Shown: one piece after another, positions 1-7,524 of the stretch
How the letters are laid out: every line of letters begins with the position of its first letter
How positions within the stretch are numbered: position 1 is the first letter of the stretch
Virus record (IMG/VR): IMGVR_UViG_3300040856_003829
Coordinates: 32,161-96,160 of that record
Strand: one strand, 5' to 3'
DNA from: a virus
Length of the DNA stretch: 64,000 nt
Program-made: the position numbers and the translations under genes
The notes under the pieces: model-generated
Seen by the model: the letters and a program-made list of their open reading frames with translations, nothing else
Told to the model about the DNA's origin: nothing
Databases searched by the model: none

Positions 1-1072
1 AGGTGTGATTACGTTCTTTGATAGGAGTTGGTACAATAGAGGTATTGTTGAACCAGTCATGGGATATTCTTCAGAGGAAGAATACGAAAAATTTATGAAT
101 GAAGTTGTACCATTCGAAAAAGATTTAATTTCAAAGGGTGTAATATTATTAAAATTCTGGTTATCGATAACTCAAGATAGACAGGAAAAAAGGTTTACCC
201 TTAGACAACAGTCACCTTTGAAATATTGGAAATATTCTCCTAATGACGAAGCATCCAAAGATAAGTGGGATGAATATACAAAGTATAAAGAAAGAGTATT
301 CAAAGACACATCTCATGATGAATCACCATGGATTGTGTTGGACTCAAATGATAAAAGAGTTTCAGGTCTAAATGCGATGAGAAAGTTATTACAAAAAATA
401 AGTTACGATGATAAAAATAATGAAATCGTTGATCTGAATTATCCTGAAGTTGTAAGTACAATAAAAGAATCGTTGATTATTGAGAGAAGTTTTACAGATC
501 AATACGTTAGAGATATTGTAAAGTCATTGACTGAAATTGTGAAAACTAGAATTGAAAAAACATATTACTTACCAGAAGACATAACTAATGGTGAAAAGTT
601 CGAATATGAAATCGATGGTATACCTCCATTTAGTATAGAATTCGTGTATAATTTAGATGAATATTTAGATGGTGAATATCGTCTTGATGGTGATTATGAT
701 AAAGATGATGATGTTATCGAAATAAGATTAACTGCTAATCCTAATTTTCTTCCTAAACTACTTTATGATTTAATCGGTGACTTGAATGATATTGTTAGGC
801 ATGAAATGGAGCATTTATTTCAAAATGAAAGAGGGGAATTAGATGATGACGGTGATGTACCAAAAGATAAAAGTTATTACTTACAACCTAAAGAATTACC
901 CGCACAGATACAAGGATTAAGAAGAATTGCAAGACTAAGAAAACAACCTATAGACTTCGTAATTAGATCATGGTTTCAAAGAAATAAACCGATCCATGGA
1001 TTAAATGATGAAGATATCGAAGAATTAACCTTGTATTTATCATCGTTATATGATGATAAATTTAAACAATAA
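1..1072 (+). CDS. ppk2: Polyphosphate kinase 2 (PPK2), 5'-truncated by the window, fused to a C-terminal HExxH domain
   Basis: FDRSWYNRGIVEPVMG, LLKFWLSI, SPLKYWKYSPND and SPWIVLDSNDKR are PPK2 motifs; the C-terminal ~200 aa contain RHEMEH and YYLQPKELPAQIQG. Confidence 0.85.
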   Translation, partial: GVITFFDRSWYNRGIVEPVMGYSSEEEYEKFMNEVVPFEKDLISKGVILLKFWLSITQDRQEKRFTLRQQSPLKYWKYSPNDEASKDKWDEYTKYKERVFKDTSHDESPWIVLDSNDKRVSGLNAMRKLLQKISYDDKNNEIVDLNYPEVVSTIKESLIIERSFTDQYVRDIVKSLTEIVKTRIEKTYYLPEDITNGEKFEYEIDGIPPFSIEFVYNLDEYLDGEYRLDGDYDKDDDVIEIRLTANPNFLPKLLYDLIGDLNDIVRHEMEHLFQNERGELDDDGDVPKDKSYYLQPKELPAQIQGLRRIARLRKQPIDFVIRSWFQRNKPIHGLNDEDIEELTLYLSSLYDDKFKQ

Positions 1073-1087
1073 TATATATTTATTATT

Positions 1088-2230
1088 ATGGAGAAGAAAT
1101 TATTGAATGAGATAAGTCGTTATAGAGAGATTCTAGGTCTAGACTCTATTTTAGAACAAGAAAATAAAAGAGCTGAATTCAGATTCAAGCTCGGTGGAGA
1201 TCTGATTTTTAAAATTTCAGATAATGGTAATGGTAATTCTCTAGAAGTTGCAAATGATACTTCAGGACCTAAGAAGTATACTGATATTGGAAATGCTAGA
1301 AGTGTAGTTTATGATATCACCACTGGAACTGCCGTTGGAGAAGGGACACCAGGTTTCAAAAATTATCAGATTGCGAATGAAATTCAATTTGATAGAGATA
1401 AATATCCAGATCAGAAACCTTGTAAAAGAGGTAGTCAAGGACAGTCAGCATTGGCCGGTGGAGTATCACTTTATACAGGAAAAAGTTTTTATGTTTTAGA
1501 TATACCAAGAAATGTAAAAAATCCAAATATCAAATATCCTACAATAAGATTACTTTGTGTCAAAAAATCTTCAACAGAGATGGGTACTGGATTACCAAAA
1601 AACAGACGTGTAGATTCTCCTCAAATTAGATTTGGTCAATATTGGTGTGAAAAAGGAAAACCTGGAAAAGGAAAAGGTTGTTACTTTTTAGAACCAAATG
1701 GTATGGGTCCGAGAGCGGAGGAGTTTGGACCCGCAGAAAAACAAGTAAGAAGACCAATTGAAATACAATTTAGAATCGGAAACCCATTCGTGTTCAACTC
1801 AGTTGATTTCTTACCTCAAGGTCAATCAGAATTTGATAAGAAAATTCAAGAACTAAATGCAATATTCGAGGAACAACCAGATTACAAGGAGTTTTTGAAA
1901 CAAAATCCAATAAATATACTTGGTTTCTCATCCCGTGATGATGATCCAGAAGGTCCTAGACCAAGTCAGGGTTGGCCATTTAGTCCTTGTTCTAATAGAT
2001 CAAAAAGAAAAGACTACAACCTTTGTTTATCACAAAAAAGAGCTGAAAGAGTTGCTGAGTTGTTGAGTGCAAAATATCCAGATCTAAAATTCAATCCAAA
2101 AGGTATGGGTGAGAATTGTGATAGTGGAAATTGTTGGAAACCCGGTAAGAAGAATCATGACTCGAAGCAAACTGCAATGGACAGACGATTTGAAGTGAAA
2201 CTTCCCAAGTACACTAGTCAAATTAATTAA
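1088..2230 (+). CDS. OmpA-like (OmpA/MotB C-terminal peptidoglycan-binding) domain protein with an N-terminal head-protein-type leader
   Basis: FVFNSVDF...ILGFSSRD...YNLCLSQKRAERVAELL...KGMGE...DRRFEV matches OmpA_C; no signal peptide. Confidence 0.75.
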   Translation: MEKKLLNEISRYREILGLDSILEQENKRAEFRFKLGGDLIFKISDNGNGNSLEVANDTSGPKKYTDIGNARSVVYDITTGTAVGEGTPGFKNYQIANEIQFDRDKYPDQKPCKRGSQGQSALAGGVSLYTGKSFYVLDIPRNVKNPNIKYPTIRLLCVKKSSTEMGTGLPKNRRVDSPQIRFGQYWCEKGKPGKGKGCYFLEPNGMGPRAEEFGPAEKQVRRPIEIQFRIGNPFVFNSVDFLPQGQSEFDKKIQELNAIFEEQPDYKEFLKQNPINILGFSSRDDDPEGPRPSQGWPFSPCSNRSKRKDYNLCLSQKRAERVAELLSAKYPDLKFNPKGMGENCDSGNCWKPGKKNHDSKQTAMDRRFEVKLPKYTSQIN

Positions 2231-2609
2231 AGATATAGATGGTCGTTCTATTTCGACCATACTTTTCATCTGTATATTCTCTAGTCTCGATAAAAACATA
2301 CTTAGAATCCATCTTGTATTCTGGTGTACCGTATTCTTCTTTGACAAATGATGTTACATTGTCATTACCATATTTAAAACAGTGGTAACCTGTACAAAAA
2401 TAATCACCATGTGTCAACTCTTTGTAAAGTGAATCTTCATCATGAATAAACATCATATCAGAAATGTTAAGATCATAATGTTGAGTAAGACTATCAATAT
2501 AAACATCTTCCAGATCATTAATTGATACCCAACATGAAATAACAAAGTCATTCTGAGCAATTGACTGTAGAGAAATAAAAGAGAGTAAGAGGACTAATAC
2601 GTTTTTCAT
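2223..2609 (-). CDS. Secreted hypothetical protein
   Basis: ATG at 2609 gives MKNVLVLLLSFISLQSIA/Q, a signal peptide ending before Gln as is typical in Bacteroidota. Confidence 0.6.
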   Translation of the reverse strand: MKNVLVLLLSFISLQSIAQNDFVISCWVSINDLEDVYIDSLTQHYDLNISDMMFIHDEDSLYKELTHGDYFCTGYHCFKYGNDNVTSFVKEEYGTPEYKMDSKYVFIETREYTDEKYGRNRTTIYIFN

Positions 2610-2645
2610 ATTACTAATATACAAAAAACTGTTCAGAAAAAAAAA

Positions 2646-3263
2646 TTATTGTAACTTATTTACAAGTCTATCAATAAATTCTTTGATTGCGGCACCACTC
2701 AATGTAATTAGTCCAGAAGAGACTAATGGTTCTATAATATCATTTAAAGTATCACTGTTTACATTTTGGTCTGTTATTAAATTCAACAAAACTGAAAATA
2801 TTGGTAAGAGAAATGTGTAAGATAATATATCCATACTTCTATAAATCGAGGACCCAGTAATTTTAAGAATATTACTCACTTTAGCTTTCATTCTTTCTAG
2901 ATATTCAATTGCGGTTTCTAATTCATCCCCCAAAGTTCTTGTTTCAAACCATTCTTTATTAACCTTTAGATTCTGTTTTTCAAAAAATACTATAGAAACT
3001 GCCATGATAAATAAAGATGCTATTTGTTCTCTATTTAAAGTAGGAAATTCACCTTGTAAATATTGCGTTACAGGACCTACTAATGCACCAATACCTGCTC
3101 CGTAAGTTATTAGGAATCTAAACGAATCTTTCAATTGTTCTTGTGCTGTCTTTAGTATAGATAAAAAAGACTGAAAGTTTTCTTGAGTTGTTGATATAAT
3201 CTTTTCTTTTGATGATTCAACAATTAAAGTTCTGTACTGAGTTTCTGATATTAATATTTTCAT
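2646..3263 (-). CDS. Hypothetical membrane-associated protein with MKILISETQY leader
   Basis: 205 aa ORF with several hydrophobic segments; TATTTAT motif upstream. Confidence 0.65.
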   Translation of the reverse strand: MKILISETQYRTLIVESSKEKIISTTQENFQSFLSILKTAQEQLKDSFRFLITYGAGIGALVGPVTQYLQGEFPTLNREQIASLFIMAVSIVFFEKQNLKVNKEWFETRTLGDELETAIEYLERMKAKVSNILKITGSSIYRSMDILSYTFLLPIFSVLLNLITDQNVNSDTLNDIIEPLVSSGLITLSGAAIKEFIDRLVNKLQ

Positions 3264-3273
3264 GATCTATTAA

Positions 3274-3293
3274 TATAAATATACATATTTATA
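3274..3293. promoter_or_regulatory. Back-to-back divergent late-promoter motifs (TATAAATAT-AC-ATATTTATA)
   Basis: Perfect inverted repeat that places ATATTTATA in sense orientation for both flanking genes (ATG 3263 minus, ATG 3299 plus). Confidence 0.65.
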
Positions 3294-3298
3294 AACAT

Positions 3299-3946
3299 AT
3301 GAAGCAAGAGTCAAAATTAAATCCAGAATTAAAAGTAGGTGACACTATAAGATTGATCCATATGGACGATCCATTCTCACCTATCACTGTTGGTACGACT
3401 GGAAAAGTAACGAGAAAAAACAAAGATCCATTTTCTAAAGAAGGAGAATTTATGTATGGGGTTGATTGGGAAAATGGTAGAAGTCTGAATCTTATGCCAG
3501 AGGATAGTTGGATGATTGTTGACCAATTATTGGAACAAGTCGGAGGAAATCCTGACAGATATAAAGATATTGTAAATCTCCTAAAGAAATTAAGTGGATC
3601 AGACTTAAGAAAATTAAATCAATTTTTATTAGATCTTAGAGACAGCGGAATAACTAACATGTGGGGTGCAGCTCCTTTTATTTATTCTGGAAGAGATTGG
3701 ATAGAAAACTGGGTCAAAGCTGAAAACTTCAAGAACACAAATCGACTAGAATTACCTGAAGATAATGAAAATTTAGACGAAGTTTTAGATAAGGCCGATG
3801 AAATGAGAAACATTATGGCAAGAGGTGCAATGAACGCAGTAAGAAACAGTGAAGATGATTTGAACTTGAATCAGATAAATGACGAACTATTTAAACTAGC
3901 CAAAGAAGTTCATACATTCTATATGGAATTTGGAACTTTATTATAA
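3299..3946 (+). CDS. DUF4314-like plus DUF5049-like two-domain protein
   Basis: KVGDTIRLIHMDDP...GTTGKV...VDWENGRSLNL (DUF4314-like); LRDSGITNMWGA (DUF5049-like). Confidence 0.6.
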   Translation: MKQESKLNPELKVGDTIRLIHMDDPFSPITVGTTGKVTRKNKDPFSKEGEFMYGVDWENGRSLNLMPEDSWMIVDQLLEQVGGNPDRYKDIVNLLKKLSGSDLRKLNQFLLDLRDSGITNMWGAAPFIYSGRDWIENWVKAENFKNTNRLELPEDNENLDEVLDKADEMRNIMARGAMNAVRNSEDDLNLNQINDELFKLAKEVHTFYMEFGTLL

Positions 3947-3965
3947 AAAATAAAAAATTATTACA

Positions 3966-4316
3966 ATGATTAGAATAACTGAAGAAGAAAGAAAAATTAT
4001 TTTGGAAAGTCACAGAGTTGCTTTCGAAAAACAAGTAATGTTACAAAAAACTGATAACTTGACTCCTTTAGAAGAAGAAGATTTAGCCACAGACAAAAAA
4101 GGAATTACTGTCGATGGTAAAGGTGATGTAAAGGAGTACACCAATATTGTTAATGAACAAGACGGTAAAGGTTGTGCTGACACCGAAGCTGGATGTATCA
4201 GAAAGAAAGATGGTGGTTGGGTTGTAATGAATAATAAGAAAGGAGGTGTTTGGAGAAAATGTGATTCTAAGAAACACTGTGAAGAAATTCTCGACGCTTA
4301 TCATTCGAATCAATAA
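3966..4316 (+). CDS. Hypothetical protein, probable internal head protein
   Basis: MIRITEEERKIILESH leader and a small Cys-containing C-terminal domain. Confidence 0.65.
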   Translation: MIRITEEERKIILESHRVAFEKQVMLQKTDNLTPLEEEDLATDKKGITVDGKGDVKEYTNIVNEQDGKGCADTEAGCIRKKDGGWVVMNNKKGGVWRKCDSKKHCEEILDAYHSNQ

Positions 4317-4376
4317 TTTTTTAAGAAAACTTGATTTTTGAAACTTTTATAGATATTTGTATAAAAAATAAATGTT

Positions 4377-4655
4377 ATGAAAGTTCTCGAAGTAATATAT
4401 CAGAATTTCGATTCATTTGAAAATTCTATCGAAGTTGAATTTTTGGATGAGGATGAAAATGTATTTTCAGACAAAATCGAATATAATCATTTGATTGATT
4501 TTGGTTATGTCGAAGAAGAATTAGAGGTTTTTGATTTCAATGATGATACCGATTGGGAAGAATTCATTGATCAAAACGAAATTGATGTTGAAAATCTCGT
4601 TTCATTTTTAAATGAGTATTATACAACTTTTCCCGATAGAATTCCTATCGATTAA
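4377..4655 (+). CDS. Highly acidic hypothetical protein
   Basis: 92 aa D/E-rich ORF. Confidence 0.6.
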   Translation: MKVLEVIYQNFDSFENSIEVEFLDEDENVFSDKIEYNHLIDFGYVEEELEVFDFNDDTDWEEFIDQNEIDVENLVSFLNEYYTTFPDRIPID

Positions 4656-4666
4656 AAATAAAAAAT

Positions 4667-5143
4667 ATGAGTGGAGTAATAAACATACCAGATAGTAATC
4701 AAAAGAGGATCTCAGATATAAAGGGGATGGTGTACTCTCTGCTCGGAAAAGTGTATTTAACAAAACCTACTTTTTTTGGTTTAGATAGTAAGCAAATAAT
4801 AATTATCGTGAGTCCTACACTCAAAGTCTTACATGTCGGTGCAACTCAAAACAAACTATTGAGTAATTTTCCTCAAAAAGTAGACACTAAATTGGATGCT
4901 GAACCAATTATGGATTGGGCTAATGATAATGATTTTGTAATCACATTTGAGGCACCGACTCCAAAACTTAATAGGATATTATATTATAAATTTTCTAGGG
5001 TCCTTAACGATTCTTTGAATGAAAAGACTTTTGATGATTATATTGTAGAGTCGAGATTACCTGATAACATAAAAAACAAAGCCTTAGATAATCAGGAATG
5101 GTTCAAAACTAATATTATTGAAATATTTAAAAAAATAAAATGA
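4667..5143 (+). CDS. Hypothetical protein
   Basis: 158 aa ORF ending at a hairpin terminator. Confidence 0.65.
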   Translation: MSGVINIPDSNQKRISDIKGMVYSLLGKVYLTKPTFFGLDSKQIIIIVSPTLKVLHVGATQNKLLSNFPQKVDTKLDAEPIMDWANDNDFVITFEAPTPKLNRILYYKFSRVLNDSLNEKTFDDYIVESRLPDNIKNKALDNQEWFKTNIIEIFKKIK

Positions 5144-5165
5144 GGGGAAGTCCCCTCATTTTATT
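5134..5165. terminator. Bidirectional rho-independent terminator
   Basis: AATAAAATGAGGGGA-AG-TCCCCTCATTTTATT hairpin between convergent genes. Confidence 0.8.
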
Positions 5166-5688
5166 ATGCACCTACTCTAATAAATTCTAGTTGATAATTA
5201 CACTTAAAACCAGTGATGGGATCTTCATATTCAGTTGGACCCTCCAGCATCAAATATTCCATACCATCTTCAATGATCATATAACGACGGAGACTGTTAA
5301 GAATAGGTGTTACGTATTCGACATTGATTGCAACCCAACGATTAGTGATAAAATCTTGTTGAAGAGTGAAATCATAATCATAGTGCCAATGATCACCTCC
5401 ATTCTGAAGATAATAACCTGTGTACAATTTATTCCCACTAAAGTGAATACGTGTTTTACCTACTTTCATTGAATCTAGTGGACCTGCTGGGTTGAGATAT
5501 GAGAAGTCACCGTGGTAGATTGTCGTATCACCAATCTCACTAGTATATACGTTACTACGATTGATGGTGACAGACCGAAGAATATACGTACCATCCAAGG
5601 TAGGAAAGGTAGGTTCTGAATATTGGTAACAACCAGTACAAATTGTTGCGACAATGAAAAAAAGAGGTACAATTACTTTGTTAAACAT
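5164..5688 (-). CDS. Lipoprotein, possibly lipocalin-like
   Basis: MFNKVIVPLFFIVATICTG/C lipobox followed by LDGTYILRSV. Confidence 0.65.
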   Translation of the reverse strand: MFNKVIVPLFFIVATICTGCYQYSEPTFPTLDGTYILRSVTINRSNVYTSEIGDTTIYHGDFSYLNPAGPLDSMKVGKTRIHFSGNKLYTGYYLQNGGDHWHYDYDFTLQQDFITNRWVAINVEYVTPILNSLRRYMIIEDGMEYLMLEGPTEYEDPITGFKCNYQLEFIRVGA

Positions 5689-5703
5689 GATATATTTATA
5701 GAT

Positions 5704-6159
5704 ATGAATTTAAAAACCGAAATTTCCCGTATTAAGGGATTAATGACTGAGGGTGAAAATCAACTTTATAAAGATAAGGAATCAAAGTCTAAAAACAAAA
5801 TAAAAGAAGAAGAAACTGATGATATGGATGTATCAGATGTGGAATCTGGTTATAACTTCGATTCTGGTGGTCCAGAACAATTCGAAGAACCAGTAGATTT
5901 TAGTTTAGATTCACTATTGGGAATAAAACCAGCATATAATTTCGATTCGGATGGTGGTGACGTTGATGTGTATGGTGAAGAAATGGCAGAACAAGAAGAT
6001 GGTGGAGGAGATACAACAGGTGATTCAGATGCAACTAATGCTGGGATTTCAACTTGGGACAGTGGAGTTTCTAGAGGACCCGCAAATCCTATTGATCAAA
6101 ATTCTAAATGGCAAGATTCTTATGGTATCACCAGGGGTAAAGGAAATCCTCTTTGGTAA
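5704..6159 (+). CDS. Acidic hypothetical protein, probable head-internal
   Basis: Start moved to ATG 5704, 4 nt after ATATTTAT; MNLKTEISRIKGLM leader; internal repeats YNFDS x2 and W..G.SRG.ANP / W...ITRG.GNP. Confidence 0.7.
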   Translation: MNLKTEISRIKGLMTEGENQLYKDKESKSKNKIKEEETDDMDVSDVESGYNFDSGGPEQFEEPVDFSLDSLLGIKPAYNFDSDGGDVDVYGEEMAEQEDGGGDTTGDSDATNAGISTWDSGVSRGPANPIDQNSKWQDSYGITRGKGNPLW

Positions 6160-6177
6160 GATATTTATATAAAATAT

Positions 6178-7524
6178 ATGACCTACGACCAAAAAATATC
6201 AACACAAGTCAGTGAGATGAATAGACTTATCAATTATGATAGGTCTAAAACTCTATTAGAACAAAAACCTGACTCTGTTTCGGACAGAAACCTAGGGATA
6301 TCAAGGAGAAATGCACGTGCACTTAATATGACTGATAAGGAATATGAAGATAAAATGTACGGTAAGGATTCCTTAGATAATATTAAATGGAATCATGATT
6401 TGGCAGGTTACTTAGAAATAGGACTTACAATTGGTGGTATATTAGCTGTTGCTACAGGTGTTGGAGCACCAATAGGGGCTGCTATGTTAGCTGCAGGTAC
6501 TACTATTGGTGTTGCTGATGCCGCTGCGTATTTCGTTCAGGAAAAAGATCCTTATATGGGTAGTATGATGTTAGCACTCTCATTGATACCAGGTGGTGAG
6601 TTAGTGAGTGCACTTGGTAAGAAAGCCGGTAAAGAAATTACTGAACAGGAATTAAAAAAGTTACCAGCGTTATTACAAAAAATTTCCAATAATAAAGTCT
6701 TAACTGATTTAGAAGGTGAATTATGGCAAAGATTTTCAAAATCATTCGTAGAAAATGCACCTGAAATATTAAAGACTAGTGCTAGAAACTCATTGAAATT
6801 TCTAAATAAACATATGGTCAGTAAAGGATTATTGTGGACTCTAGGAACTTTAGCAAAAGTTAGTGGTAAGGGTCTTCAATTAGTTGTTAAAATAGGTCGT
6901 ATAGCCGTCAGTGTAGATTTATTATGGACACTTTTAGCAGCTCCAGAAGGATACCGAAAAAGAATGAGAGATAAGTCAGAATTCTCGAAGATTATGGACA
7001 TGTTATATGATGGTACTTTAGGACCAACTATAATCGATGGACTTTATGATCTATGGTTAAGTTTGACTGATTCTGATGGTAATATAGATAAAAGTAAGGA
7101 ACAAGAATTGATCATAGAAATTATCGAAAATAGTGACATAGATTTTACAGATAGTGATATCGCAGATCAAATTCAAGATAGTTTCAATGATACATACGAT
7201 AACATTACGTTCGATTTGATTGACAATAGATGGTCTAACTTAGAACAAGGTACAAAACAACAGACAACCTTTAATGATTTATTATCGGGAGATAAAATAG
7301 CCAAATTAGGATCAAAGGGTAAATTTGTTAGAGACATTCAAATAATGTTAAATACACTAGGTTATGATCTAGGTGAATCAGGCATAGATAGTGATTTTGG
7401 AAAAGTTACACAAGACGCTGTAATTGATTTTCAAATTGATTATGATTTAGATGGGTTAGATGGTATTGTTGGAAAAGAGACATCAACTAAATTAAAAAGT
7501 TTATATGATGAAAGAAAAGGATAA
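6178..7524 (+). CDS. Protein with a hydrophobic helical hairpin and a C-terminal peptidoglycan-binding (PG_binding_1) domain
   Basis: IGLTIGGILAVATGVGAPIGAAMLAAG; KLGSKGKFVRDIQIML..LGY...DSDFGKVTQDAVIDFQ...DGIVGKET. Confidence 0.8.
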   Translation: MTYDQKISTQVSEMNRLINYDRSKTLLEQKPDSVSDRNLGISRRNARALNMTDKEYEDKMYGKDSLDNIKWNHDLAGYLEIGLTIGGILAVATGVGAPIGAAMLAAGTTIGVADAAAYFVQEKDPYMGSMMLALSLIPGGELVSALGKKAGKEITEQELKKLPALLQKISNNKVLTDLEGELWQRFSKSFVENAPEILKTSARNSLKFLNKHMVSKGLLWTLGTLAKVSGKGLQLVVKIGRIAVSVDLLWTLLAAPEGYRKRMRDKSEFSKIMDMLYDGTLGPTIIDGLYDLWLSLTDSDGNIDKSKEQELIIEIIENSDIDFTDSDIADQIQDSFNDTYDNITFDLIDNRWSNLEQGTKQQTTFNDLLSGDKIAKLGSKGKFVRDIQIMLNTLGYDLGESGIDSDFGKVTQDAVIDFQIDYDLDGLDGIVGKETSTKLKSLYDERKG

